Assembly: GCA_025786725.1 (NCBI GenBank)
Contig: JAHLTZ010000021.1
Span: 410,528-474,527, forward strand
Length of the DNA stretch: 64,000 nucleotides
Origin: Syncephalis fuscata S228
Taxonomy: Eukaryota > Fungi > Zoopagomycota
Direction: 5' to 3'
Position numbers and translations under genes: made by a program. The notes under the pieces are model-generated. The model saw only the letters and a list, made by a program, of their open reading frames with translations, was not told where the DNA came from and did not search any database. Positions 1 to 13,930 of the stretch are shown here, piece by piece (the stretch's first letter is position 1; each line of letters begins with the position of its first letter).

Positions 1-2404
1 TAGTTATCATGTGTTTCTATCCATCATATAATTAGTAAACAATCGTAAATGTTAAATAGTAACTTACCACGTTCATAGAATCGAGCAAATAATCTTGAAA
101 CCCGTTCAGACATAACAGCTTTTCTGAATTCTTCTGGATCATTTAATGATTTGGCACTCATAGGCACAGCATAAGGATCAATGGCTGCCTCCAACGCTAT
201 TAATCATTCATATATATATATATGAATATATATAAATATAAATATTACGTTAATTAAATGATCATTCATTGATCGTATCTTCATTTTATTACCTTGATTC
301 CAAGAAAGACGTCGATCAGCAGACATAAACTGCAATCGAGGAAAGTTAGGTGCTTGTCGATCCGATAACGCTTTCCGTGCCACTTGAGCCAGTGTGGATT
401 CAACAACATCACGTGTATCGACCTAAATGAATAAGTACGTGTATTTATTAATGAAATTTAAATAACTTACTAGTGATTTAGGTGAAGGTTTAACCGGTGG
501 TTCAAGCAGTTCATTAGATGATAATTTATGTTTATTAAGTTGCGATATTGACTTGTGTTTTGTTGCTATGGTATGATTACTATGGTTGCTGTTATTGGTA
601 TTAGTGGTGGATCGTTCAGGTACAGTAGACAAATCACACTCTGATGCTGAATCAACATTGGATGTAGTAGCATTAGAGGCATGTTCTGTACTCGATTCAA
701 TATCGCCACCAATACTTGTCTAGTGTACCATTAGTATTTAATTATTATGATTACTATTACCCTAGCATTACAAATACTTACTCGTTTTTTACGGGAAATG
801 GCTTTGCGTAATGGATTCTTTAAACGGGCCTGAGTCCATACATTTTTAATTTCTTTGGCAATAGTCCGTCCACGTCTCAACAAATGTGAATCAGATGTTA
901 CTGAGCGTGTATCGTCATGATCGTTATCCTCATAGTGTATTTGCGGTATGGCTTCTCTATGGTAATCCGTATGGCGCTGTCTCACTGTACTGTTATGCTG
1001 TGCAGCAAATGGTAGACTTGTATCCACTTGATGTCCTGTTCTTTCAATAGGTGGTGTCATTTGCTGACTACCATCATGACTATCAAATGGTGATGGAATA
1101 GTTGGTAGTCTAGGCGATAATGGTCGACTTGAGTCAGGAAATTGGTCAGAACGCGGTGAACCTGTCCATGATGCAGCACGGGCATGCATCATTCGTTCTC
1201 CTTGTTGTTCACGTATTCGATTCAGTGGATTATAATTACTATCGGCCATTTGGGCATACATGTTTTCATATCGTCCTTTTAGATCTGCTTTACATCTTTC
1301 ACTTCGATCCCATGTGGCATCTGATATGTGCATATCTTGTTTATCCTCTGTAGATACTAAATAACCACAATAGGTTATTAATATTGCCATATTATTATTA
1401 TTGCAGTATTTAATCAGTATAATACGATTAACCTACCAGTATAAGGGGATACAGGACGGGCTCTTCGTATTGTCTCGCTTAAAGATCGACCTTCAAGTAG
1501 AGATGCATCAGGTAGACGTAGAAATGAGGCATCGCCTTGAGATCCATTCACCATACCATTGGCACGCCGTTGTTCTGCATGTCCACGTGTCATACGTGAT
1601 AGCTCCAATACATCTTCATCTTTTACTGATGACAACAGTGACTGTAACTGATCTTCATCGTTATCATCTCCTCCATCTTCTAGATCTTGTTGGTTATTAT
1701 CAACTAGACTGGTGCTTTGCACATTGAATATGCTTTGGGTGTTTGGTCGAATATTAGGCTTTTGTTCTTTAGCTGTGTGATAGCGTGGTACATTGCCTGC
1801 TGATAGTTGTTTACGATCTAAAGGGGCCGATGATAATGGCACTGCCGAAAGACTTGACGTTGATCGATGAAACATAGCATCTGAAATAGCTAATAAATAC
1901 ATAGGATTAATTAGTCATTTACAAACTAATATATATATATATATATATAAATAGAGGCTTACCAGGTCTATTTTGAGAAGGTGCTACCGGCGTTGTATCC
2001 TCTTCAGTTAAGCCATATCCATGTGACACGCGATTTATCCAGTCTGCATTCATAACGCGCCGTGTTTCTGCCACCCAAGCCGCTACTTGTGAGTGCCGCT
2101 TACCTGGTGTTTCGGACCGCATTTCTCCCGCTGCTGCTGGCGGCAAGGCCGTAGGTGTGGCCAATGGGCTTTTGGGCCCAGAACGTGTGCGATCATGCAT
2201 AGTACGACGAGCAACTGAAGAACCAAGTATACCGGGAGAGCCGGGTGCTTCTGGTACTGTTGGAACACGACTCGTATTTAGCGGTAGATAGAGTCGCGGT
2301 TGTTGACGTCTAGTTGCTAGGCCGCCAATGGGTTCGTCTGGTGAATCGTGACGATGGCGACCATCGGTCATCATTAACTTGTTTTGTCCTGTATCACGCT
2401 CCAT
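1..2404 (-). CDS. Multi-exon hypothetical protein, low-complexity S/P/R-rich; runs off the left edge
   Basis: Consecutive minus-strand ORFs (1919-2404, 1414-1902, 731-1390, 423-632) joined by short GT-AG introns. No domain recognised. Confidence 0.6.
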
Positions 2405-3015
2405 TAATAAACAATAAGCTGCTAGTACTGGTTAGTTGATAGGACCGGCAGCAACACTGCCGTAACAGTGGCCCAGATAGGAAATAGCAGCTGTAGTTAT
2501 TAAGAGGAGAGAATGTTGTAGCGATGAAGCCAATCGCAGTAAATTTGAAATAGAGGCTGGTCAATAATAAACCGTTGACAAAGAATAGTTTGACAAGAGT
2601 ACAAATAGAATTGAAATGCAAAGAACGAAAAGCGCATATACTCACAAGAATGGATCTAATAGCTGTTGGAACAAATAGATAGGAACAAAAAGTGAAACGA
2701 GTATTGTGTAATAAACAAACTATATATATATTTATAGATAGAGATAAAGATAGAGATAGATAGATAGATACATATCTCGAGCCACCTTGTCCTGTTCACA
2801 CTGTTATTTGCTCTTCCACGTGCGTAAATAAGACTGCACGTGTCAAGTAGCGCTAATAAATACAGAATGTAAAAGTAGAAATGAATAAAAAGATAACATT
2901 ATTAATGTTTTTCATTGCTTGGCATAGTAATTAATATAAGCCATTTTAGTCAAATCGGACTATAAAATAAAACACTTTTTATTTATTTATTTAATTGACT
3001 GCTTATTTATTCAGC

Positions 3016-6000
3016 TTATTGTTCACCACGACGGCGTTTACGTTTAAGGACTTTTGCATCATGAATAGCCGACGTTTTATCAATAGTGGGTAATGCATCT
3101 TTTTCTATCATATTATACTATATTAATGCATAGTTAATTAATAAAGATGATTATAACTTACGGTCAGCGTTTAGTAATCGTTCGGCCAAATCTCTAACAA
3201 CACCGCTAGTTAAATAGCGGCCAGATGAACCGCGCGGTACTAATGACTGTGATAGCATTTGGTCAAGTTGTTGTTTCAATTTCTGAACCTTGGCCTTTTG
3301 GCGTGCTTGTTGTTCAATGCTTTCTTCGTTATCATCATCGGCAATATGGCTAGCTCCACCTTTTCGTTTAGTATGGCTATTTATATTAAGTAATATCAAT
3401 CAGTATTATTACCCTATGAATCCATTATGACTACTTACATTGTATCGTCCAATTCAATATCCATCATTTCAGCATGTTTAATTAGCCATTCATCATCGTG
3501 TCGACGCTAAATAGCCACCACAATTGATTATTAACTAAACTCTTCGTTTATATAAATAATTACCTTTTGTACTGAATGTTCTTGTTTATCAATTTGTTTA
3601 GCTAATTGGATTCGCTTTTTTAATTCAGCTACAATAATTTGATCGACAGGAAATTCTGGAATACCATTGTCTATATTGAATAATAGCAATATTAGATTCT
3701 ACACAGTAAATAAATCTAATAGCCTACGCTTCTTTAATACTTGACATAATTTACGATAACTCGTTAATTCATCGGGACTACATAACATGGCACTAATGCC
3801 TTCTCGACCAGCACGTGCTGTACGTCCACTGCGATGTACATAAATCTAATAAATATGTAAAGTTAGAGATGCAACGATGATCATTTTGCATCTTACCTCT
3901 CCTGAACGTGGTAGCTGATAATGAATAACATGTTCTACAAATGGAATATCTAAACCACGTGCGGCTACATCACTAGCAATTAAAACGGCTCGTTCATCAG
4001 ACTTGAATCTATTATTGTTCAGTGAAGTACATGATTAATATCTATATATATATATATTATATTTATACAATATAACGATAGCTTACCGATCTACATTCTT
4101 TAAACGCTGTCTTTGTTGCATCTGGGCATGTAATCCATAGACATTAATACGTAGTAGTTTGAATAATGGCAATATACGGCGGATGCAGTCAATACTATTA
4201 GTAAAGATTAAAGTTCGGCCTGGATATCGGCATAAAAAGTAGTACAAATAAAGATCCTAATAAAAACAATAATGACAATGCTTAATTACACTATACTATA
4301 TTACATTACATTATATTATCTATTTTATTTACCTTATCTTCTTTTAAGCAGTCAATGCGTACTTCAACAAGACTTTCAGCTACTGCTTCGGCACGAGTAA
4401 CATCAACAACTTTTGGTTCTGCACTACTAAATTCAATTCGATCCAATAGATTTTCTAATAAATAAAGTATTAGATAATTAAGTTATAGTTAATAAGCCAC
4501 TTACGTAGATTTGCTTCACTGGCTTTAGCAGAACTTTCCGCCTTTTTCTGATTCTTTGCACCACGTTTATGTAACTGTAAGTTATGATTTAAAGTAGCTG
4601 AAAAGATAAACGTTTGTCGACGAGATGGTCGTTTATCTAAATAGGCCCATAAGCTACTAGTCAATCTATTTATTGCATTTCGACTTACGTTTAGTTTCAG
4701 CATCACTGGATGCCACTTTATCAGAAGCATGCCATTCACTTGTTCTATTATTTTAATTAGAATGATTAGTCAAAAGCATTACATTGTTAATTACATACTT
4801 TTCTTTAAGAGAAATAGCAGATAAAATAAATTCTAATTCTTTAAAATGACCTGATTCAAGCATACGATCTGCTTCATCCAATACTAGGAAACGTAAGCGA
4901 CGAATATGGGCTCTATAATCATCGTTCTAATTTTGTTATTATTAGTAGTAGTATAAGTATTAATAAAATACATATACATATATATATATATATATATGTA
5001 TGTTATTACACTACTTACTTCTGACATAATTTCCCATAATCGACCAGGAGTAGCTACCAAAATATCTGGATGTTGCTTAAGCATTCTTTCCTGCTTCTGT
5101 ACTGACATGCCACCAACAATCACTGCCACCTAATCCAGCATTACTATTATCTATACTATGCAGCTATAGTATCCAAATACTTACTTTGACAGACAACTGT
5201 TGAGATACAGCAACTAAATGATCTTTTACTTGAATGGCCAACTCGCGTGTTGGTGCTAGAATCAATGCACTCAAACCACGACTTCCTCTTGCTTCCAAGT
5301 CAGGTAATTTGGCCAAATACTGAAGAATTGGCAATCCAAATGCCAATGTTTTACCCGATCCCTATAATTAATCAATTAATTAAGATATAAATAACTCCTA
5401 ATCTATTTATATAAATTACAAACCGTTTCAGCTGCTCCAATAATATCCTGTTTCTTGAGCGAGAATGGCAAAGTTTCTGCTTGAATTCTTGTAGGCTGTG
5501 TATAACCGAGAGTTTTCAACGTTTCAACTAGTGGCTGTACTAATCCCAAATTGTCCCATGCTGAACCATCTTCTAATTATATTAACATTAACCGCTTAGA
5601 TATCTATACTATTAATTACCTGCAGTAGTCTTTGCTGAGCTATTATTGGCTTCCTTTGCTGTTTCGTATTCGTTGGTAGCTTTCTTCGTTTTAGTTTTAT
5701 TCTTCGTTGTATCTGGTTTCTCCGTATTTTGTTCATGATTTGCAACCACCAATGGCTTAGTCTTTGGTTTCTTGGAAGGCACTGGCTCAGCCTCTTCAAC
5801 AAAATCATCAATGTGTATAAATCCTTGCATCTCTTCCTCAGTCAATGGTGTTTCATGCTGTGCCATTAATGATACATTATTTTTGGTGTCACTTTTGGTG
5901 GATCGTGCCTAATAAAAGTATTAATATTTATATCTCTATTATTCTATACACCACTTACTTTGAATCGACAAACTCTTCCCGTATTGTCATCGCCTTCCCA

Positions 6001-6273
6001 TAAACATTCAACGTCATCTACTTCTTCTAAACATAAGAAACCTCCTAGATTGTCATCTCCGTGAATAATACCACTGGGGGCAGTTACTTGTTTCCAAGAC
6101 AAATGGCTGCCTCCAATGAATTCACTAGACGTTGTCTGTTGTTCATTACTGGCTGCTTGTTGTTCGTTATTGGCCATTTGTTCGCGAGCACGTTTTCCAG
6201 GCCCACGCTTTTTACGTGAACGCTTACGTTCCGCCTGCATTGTATCATTCTGCGTGTTCAAAACAGCTACCAT
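3016..6273 (-). CDS. MAK5: DEAD-box RNA helicase MAK5/DDX24 (60S biogenesis), multi-exon
   Basis: Spliced motifs [57 protein letters not shown], plus DDX24-like KDLYLYYFL and QRLKNVDRF. Confidence 0.9.
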
Positions 6274-6883
6274 TATAATAGATGATAATAAAGTTAAAAG
6301 AACCAAGGTTAAAAAAAAGAAAAATTAAAACAAATATCAAACTGATTTGGCCCTCGTTAATGGTATTATTTCGAGTCATTTTCACTCTCCACTCTACAAC
6401 AGCAAAGTTGAGTGCTTCATGATTTGCACTTAGCAATGGATGAGACACACACACGCACATAGTAACTCGCGTTGCATCTAGCATCACTTTGGTAGGGGTA
6501 AGCCGTTTACTTGCTAGTGATAGGTTCCTTTTTTACTCCTTGTGCACTCTCTCCTCTCCTTTCAGCGCGTTCGAGGTTTAACATTGGTGTTACTAAACAG
6601 TTTTCGGTCAAATCAACTCACAAAGGATGCATCCCGGGTAGACAACTCCGCCCCGAAACTATTTTAATAACTCACTCTCCGCCACTCTTTTAACTGTTGT
6701 TCTCCTATTGTTCCCCACTTACACCACTGCTACTTGCTTACCACTGACTCATCTGGCCTCCCTGCCCACCTATTATCGCTGCCACTTACACTGCTTAACA
6801 CTGCTTGCATAGCAACCTTTTCTTTTTTCTATTCGTTGGTTGAAACCCGTTTGCGCAAACTACATTGATTTACAGTTGCCAAA

Positions 6884-8349
6884 ATGTTGATGAAAGAGTA
6901 TCGCGTCGTAATGAACTGTACTGAAGAGGAGTACCAGGTTGGCCAGCTATATGCTGTGGCCGAACAGAGCAAGGAAGAGACTGGCGATGATGGCGATGGT
7001 GTCAAGGTCGAAAAGAACGAGCCTTATGACAATCCCGAGCAAGGCAAAGGTCAATACACATACAAGATTTACTACTTGACCAAGTAAGTCACTGGGCCGG
7101 TAATGGCGGTAACGGCAACAGATGACCACTTGACGCGAAAAGTGACACGAAAGGCCATCATATCATTTATGAATAGCCCCATTAGGTCATGTGGCGACAG
7201 TCTTGCATCGGACATCGGTTATAGATGTCTGTATGCGTGTGCAACGTGCTGGTGTGCATAGCATCTGTTTGCTCCTATCTATGCACCATTAGTCACATGT
7301 CTACGACAAGGCATAGATGCATTCTGGATAGTATGTGGACAGACAAATACTAACGATATATGTGTGTACACATAATAGTAAAGTACCTGGATGGGTTCGT
7401 AAATTGGCACCGGCTGGTGCTTTGGAACTGTACGAAGAGGCCTGGAATGGTTATCCCTACTGCAAAACTAGTAAGTGGCGTGTGTTTCTACATTATAGAC
7501 AAATGTTAATTATAGATGATTAACACGCTTATTCACCGGTTAATAGTTCTTACAGTAAGTCATTCAATGCTTTAATAGATTGTATATTTATTATGCTTTA
7601 TAAATAGAACGGTTACATGAAGGATAACTTTAAATTAATCATTGAGACCCAGCATGTTGGCAATAGTCGTGGTGAAATTGAAAATGTAAGTAATTGTAGT
7701 ATATACACACATATATTATAGCACAATCTAATAAATGTTATTATTATAGGCACTTAATCTTACGCCAGAACAGCTAAAGACACGTCAAGTAGAGATATTA
7801 GATATTGCCAATGAAAAGGTATCCAAAAAGGATTACCGTGAGGATCAAGATCCAACCAAATTCAAGAGTGAAAAGACCGGACGTGGTCCACTTACCGGTG
7901 ACTGGATTGTAAGTTAATGAATGCTTTATTCCAATATATATATATATATAACCAACTATTAAATAGGCTACAGTTGATCCAGTCATGACATGTTACAAAC
8001 TGGTTACAATTGAATTCAAATGGTTTGGACTTCAAGGCAAGGTGGAAAGTTTTATTGCTGAAGTACGTAACTAGCTTTATTTAATAATGCAAAACACTAA
8101 TAATTTTATTTATTAAACTATATTATAGTCTGTTCGCACACTGTTCGTCAACTTTGGGCGTAAACTCTTCTGCTGGACCGATAAATGGTACGGCATGACT
8201 ATGGACGACATTCGTGCACTTGAAGAAAAGACAAAACATGATTTGGATGAAGTAAGTATATGTATTAAGATATATATATTGTACAATAATCTAACTGTAT
8301 TGATCTATAGAAACGCAAGGCAAAGGATGCTGCTGCCTCCTCCTCTTAA
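6884..8349 (+). CDS. Class I (START-like, animal-type) phosphatidylinositol transfer protein
   Basis: [83 protein letters not shown] are PITPalpha/beta signatures. Includes an 8-nt exon at 7547-7554. Confidence 0.93.
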
Positions 8350-8663
8350 TGACCAGTTATAATACATTTATCTCATGATAATACGTTGTGTGTAATGACT
8401 TTATAGACGTGTAAAGCAGTGACACATTTCTCTTGGACCATTATAGTGGGCGGACCAATTCATTATTATCATCATTAACACATCAACATCTATTGATTTT
8501 TTTCAAATACATCTTTACTTCCGAATATTTGATTTTATTATTGCAATTTATGCAATTAATTACGACTGTTATAGTCATCCATGTAACCGTGTAATGCAAT
8601 GATTGTTAAACCAGACTAATAGCATTGTAATATATGCGGTTTAGTTATCTATTTATTTATAAG

Positions 8664-10236
8664 TTAATAGGACAGATCAATGACGGTATGGCCATCATCT
8701 TGGTGTAAAAGCAATGCAATCATTGTATTATATACAAATCCTATTTCTGTGGATTGAGTTGTATCGTTTATACCCAGTGGCTTACTACGCTTTAGATTGA
8801 TTAAATCAAGCATTACATATGAGTGCCATTTGTTTGATTTGCATAGCATAATACCTAGGATGTGACAGCTATTTTTGTTTAAATAGTTTTGTGTATTTGG
8901 CAAAAAGTGGCGTAGTAAGATGGGCTTTAATGTTTTGTTTGTAATATGTGACTTGATCGTGCCATCTATTAGACTGTAAATGGTCCAGTCATTATTTACC
9001 ATAATCAATACTTAACTTTAGAAAAGAGCAACTAATCGTTTAGTATCAATTGATTGTGCCCGAAGCGGCTTGTGGCCAGCGATAGAAGTTGCTGAATCAG
9101 TCTGTGTGGGCTGTGTTGAAATTAAGACTGGATTTAATGATTGACCATCAGTTACTTAATTTTTGGTTGAGAAAAAGACTTCATGCGCATACTGAAAACG
9201 AGTACAGGATTGTTGTCGAGTCGTCGAATTAAACTATAGGCTTTCACGCCACAAGCAATTGTGTACTCTCCTCGTAATAGGCACCGAGGACTATCATTAA
9301 GCTGGGTGACGGAGAATTGCCAAACACTCCAGCGTAGGCGGTCTGTTTCGCCAATAATTTTATTTGCACTTTAAAAAACAGTAGCTGTAGTCTCGGTGAC
9401 GCGCTGTATGAAGAATGTCTTTTGGATACTTTCGACATTTCCTAAGCACATACGACGTGTAACGGCATTGAATACCCGCACTGTTTTAGTGCTTCGTAGC
9501 AATCGTCGATCTTCCTTCGTTCTAAATAACAAATAAGAATCCAACGGCCACGAATAGAGATACTTTTACTAAAGTAACTACTAAGCTGACACGGTGGCAC
9601 AAATGCCATTTGACGTATTGGCCAAATAAAATATTTGACTTGCATTGCTTGTATATTCTTCTGTGGCAACTGCAAATCTATCTGATACGTCAAGTGTTTG
9701 TATTCTAGTTTTTGGGTCAATATTACTGTAGCATACTTTACGTAAACGCCAAAAGCGATGTTTGCTTGATTTTCCTATGGATCGGCATTGTTCAATAACG
9801 CCACAATCACTTATTGTATCTGTGGTATAGGGCATCCATTGAAGTACTGCTACACGCGCGTTGTTAAATGTGCTAGTTATCACTTTATGTAGCAAATTCA
9901 GTCTATCCTTGAACCAATTTGCTTCAGTGCCACTTCGATGGCAAAACGCACGAAATCAATTAATATTATCATCATTCAATCGTGTAATGTTAATGGTTTG
10001 CTTAATTGACAATATTAGTTGTCCAGATAGCTGTAATGTACGGATATATCATACCAGCCATTGCACTTTTATATCGTTTTTCAGCAAGTAGCGTTTGTGA
10101 TATCTTTGTCACCAAAAATACTGCTGCAAACTAATACAGCTCCACAGCCAGGGACAAGACGAAGCAAATAAAACAAGTAACTTTTTGTCAACAAATACTA
10201 TAAGGCGCCCAACAACAAGTACAAAATATACTTTAT
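8664..10236 (-). pseudogene. Decayed intronless F-box-like family member (paralog of the 33-37 kb pair)
   Basis: Shares GVIEQC, HRFWRLRKV, SIRGRW, WSVWQFSV with 35549-37116. ATG changed to ATA, in-frame TGA at 9956, 10049 and 10109, a further TAA, and frameshifts. Confidence 0.8.
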
Positions 10237-10655
10237 ACTCAATAAAAATACTAATTAAATGGCCAAAAGCCAGTGCGCGTCATCATCTTTAGTGCACTTA
10301 TACGATGTGTGACAGTAATTAGATTTCGGCCAACTCAACATCTTCATTTTTGTGACCAATATAGCTATAGTGGATGCTAGATTGACTTGGATTTGCCGCG
10401 ATATGTTATAATTACAATAATGTGTAAATTGGTATATTTACTAACATATGCCATGTACCTTGATGTTTAGCAACTATACATCAATAGAAAATAAGCATAA
10501 TTATATAATCTTAACTTATACATTAATTCTACGACTTGTGTTATTTATATTTTATATATTTGTATCTATTCAATTATACAAACTTTTATTATTAAACATA
10601 TGGTTTTATTTATATAATCAATTCATCACAAAAACAAACTATAAATAATAGTCTT

Positions 10656-11813
10656 TTATTGATAATAAAACTGCCATCGCCATAAAGCAATGACCAATGA
10701 TTGAGTTTCCTCATTACAAAGTAATGCAAGTCTAAGTGTTGTCTTATTTGTTTTCCGCAATCCTAATGCGCCACGGATCATTTCCAACTCTTTAACTGTT
10801 AATATTTCGCCAAAATCAAATATTGGTGAATTTCCTGCCTCAAATCGCTTATTGGTTATTGGTCTAACTGTTGATGTCGCAGGAATGATTAAATAGCCAT
10901 TGTAATGACGCGTTACCGGTAATTTCGATTCCGTAGTAAACACTTCATTTACACTGTCGAATACTGCAGTCGGTGCTGGATAGAAAAGACACGGATTCGG
11001 CTGGTTGACCACTTGCTTGCCAATCGTTATAGCTGAATTAGCATCTTTATCGTCTTTGATGGCTTGTGTCGATTTACGTAAACGCATTTGGTGAATAATA
11101 CATGCTTGTACAAGACGCCGCATTTCAAGCGCAACATCTCGAGCAAGTAACGAGCCAACAAACTCGGCCATATCTGAACGAATAAAAGCATCAACATTAA
11201 TACGCCCCTGTACACCTATAGATATCCACTTTAATTAATATATAGTATTTCTACTGCAGTCCACATTATAATTACTTTTCTCTTTTAACATATCAATGGC
11301 GGCATGACGACCGGTGAGCCAGTAGCCAACACCGCGACGACGTGCCTGACCACCTAGCCCATCGGGTACAAACCATACATGCTCAGTTTCTGGATCAATT
11401 ACTTTGACAAATCGTATCATTAATTCTATTTGCGTATATCGGTGTCTTGATTAAGCTGCCATAAACATTATTTATTCTTTACTTACTGTACGGCTGCATT
11501 CGTCGCGAGAACAAGCATAAACGCAATGGAGATTTAAGTATACTTACTATTATTGATAATTACTATTATAGTACTACATTGTGCCTACTAACGTGTACTT
11601 ACCAAGTGGATTCAAAGCCATGTCTTGTTCAACTGCCGTCAAAGCTTCTGGTGATTTAGTTGACAGTAATGGCGGATGCCTATTCTTATAGCCCTGTTTA
11701 CGATAGTAGTGAATGCCTGACCCATAACGACATTGTACGCCGCCACTCCTTGGAAATAATTGCCAAGGACGTGTTATCGTTGCAGCTATTCTACACGCCC
11801 AGTTTAACGTCAT
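10656..11813 (-). CDS. Putative mitochondrial protein, RRG8-like (tentative)
   Basis: Arg-rich presequence-like N-terminus. Spliced NPL..KSPLRLCLFSRRMQP.KLMIRFVKVIDPETEHVWFVPDGL resembles a fungal RRG8-type motif (from memory). Confidence 0.5.
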
Positions 11814-11861
11814 GAATTGCAATACAATAAAACAAAATAAAAAGAAGAGAAAATGTATTTA

Positions 11862-13930
11862 TTACGCCTTAACACGTGCGATCCATTCTTCACTGCGCAC
11901 CAAAGCATCGATAATCACTTGAGAGCGATGTCCAGTAATAGGATGTAGTTCGCGTGAACGTTCCTCGGCCAACACCATGGCAATCTAGTTAGATTTGATT
12001 AGCATATCCTAATCAATCAATATATATATATATATACGCATATTACCTCTTGTGATGTTGCCTTTGTCGTGTCAGCTTGACGCAATACAGATTGTGCCAG
12101 ATTATAGATTGCATTATCCCACTCGGTGCCCAAGTGTTTCTCAAGATTTGGATCTGGTGTAGCATAGCCAGCTGCTTCATCAGCACAATGAACAATGCCC
12201 TGAATATAGAGTTTAGATAAACTATATACACTATTATAGTATTATATATATCTTACCATACGATTGACCAAGAAATCTAATAATAACAATGGATTAATTA
12301 CATGCTATATTACAAACAACACAACAACTACTTACCAGGGACATAACAAATACCGTACTTTTGCATCAATGGCGCATCTTCTTCCAAATGAGCCAACTGA
12401 TTATTGGCCGCACCACATACAATTGAAGCACGTATTTTAGGAATTGTGACAGCAGATAGAATACCACCAGTAGCACATGGACAAACAGCATCGCATTCTG
12501 TAGATCGATATAAACATTACTACTCAGTAGGACTATTATAACGAATGGCTTACCCATAAATAGAATATCCATATTACCACGTTCTACATGCTGGTAAGCG
12601 ACTCGATCGCCATTAGGTAGTTGGCGTGTATGCTGGGCAGCAATCTCAAGTCTCACAGCATCAACATCAGCCACGGTAATTTTACTGACATTCTTGGCTA
12701 GTAGAAACTCAACGAGCGGTAGACCAACATGACCAGCACCCTAATAGCATTGCATTAGTAACTATATATCATTAAATATAGTCCTTTCATTTACCTGAAT
12801 GGCAATAGAACTTCCTGCTAATGATTTACCCAAATGATCAAAAGCTGCTTCCAATCCACGCACAACACCACGTGCCTATAACAGTTATTCTATTAGCACC
12901 ATTTACTCTATAACAATTATAACAGCAACTTGCCGTGGGTACACTTGGATTGCCACTACCGCCTAATTCAGTTGGAATACACGTGGTAAATCGTGTTTTG
13001 GAGAAAATGGCTGCCATATCTTGCACTGTACAATCCTACGATTAATACACAGTACTAAATAGTATTATACCAAATAATATTACCATTGGTGCCAACATCT
13101 TCAGCTGTAACATAGCAGCCCTTTAATGCACTAATAAACATACTAAGTTTAATACTTGATATCAATCAATTCAACTACCTCATAAATGTGCCATATTCCT
13201 CATAAACTAAACGACGGGCTTCCGATGATGCTCCGTATTCTCTATAAATTTCTGTATTAGATAGCAGCTCATTCATTAGTTATCTTGCTTACAGGCCATG
13301 CCCAGTATTGCGTGCCATGACACCTTTACCGCCACCCCACCATATTTGGGCCAATGCATTCTATATCATAACTTTAGTACCAATGATATCATTGTAGTTT
13401 AACTGTATAAATACCTTGTGGGTCATGCCTTTAGCCAAGCGAAGTCCATCCCGGAACCAGTCTTCAACCGTATCATACGACCAGTTACGTACCTAATTGT
13501 AACATATTTGTATAACCATATATTTATTAAATAATAAGTCAGTTTGACTACTGTTACTTACACCACCTGCGGCCGGCCCACGACACGTACGATGAACGAA
13601 CGCACCCTAGTAACTATTAATATTGCTGCAGTCATAACGGCAACCATCATAGTTGGTTGGTTACTTGGCCACGAGTCCACTTACTTGGAGTACACCACTT
13701 TTTGGGCCAATTTGCGCAAAGACACCTTCATGTCCATTAAAATCAGTTGATTCTTGCGCGAAAAAGTCGGCCAATGGCTGTAGAAATGGATGCGAGGCGA
13801 CAAAGCGACGACGCTCGTCCTTCTCGCTCGCTTCAAGTACGCAATGGAACGTGCTGATATTAAAGCTGCGTAGCTGCGCAATAAAGTCTTCAAGCGACAA
13901 AAGAAGCACGTTGGGCTTTGGAATAGTCAT
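11862..13930 (-). CDS. Glu/Leu/Phe/Val dehydrogenase (leucine-dehydrogenase-like), multi-exon
   Basis: GPAAGGVR, LRLAKGMTHKNALA, GGGKGVM, YVTAEDVGT, GGSGNPSVPTARGV, Rossmann IQGAGHVG, CGAANNQL, YVPDFLVNRMG. Confidence 0.9.
12876..12933 (-). other. GC-AG intron in the dehydrogenase gene
   Basis: ACG|GCAAGT...ATAG|GCA restores GNPSVPTARGV. The nearby GT gives a frameshift. Confidence 0.8.

Noticed and set aside
2720-2775. TA/GATA microsatellite in an intergenic region
   Set aside because: Ordinary simple repeat, common across the window.
7118-7160. Hammerhead-like CAGATGA...GAAA in PITP intron 1
   Set aside because: The core is CAGAUGA rather than CUGANGA, and stems I and III cannot be formed convincingly.
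9956-10111. UGA at Trp positions suggesting codon reassignment or selenocysteine
   Set aside because: The same copy has CGA>TGA, a TAA, a lost ATG and frameshifts. TGA is a normal stop elsewhere (28385).
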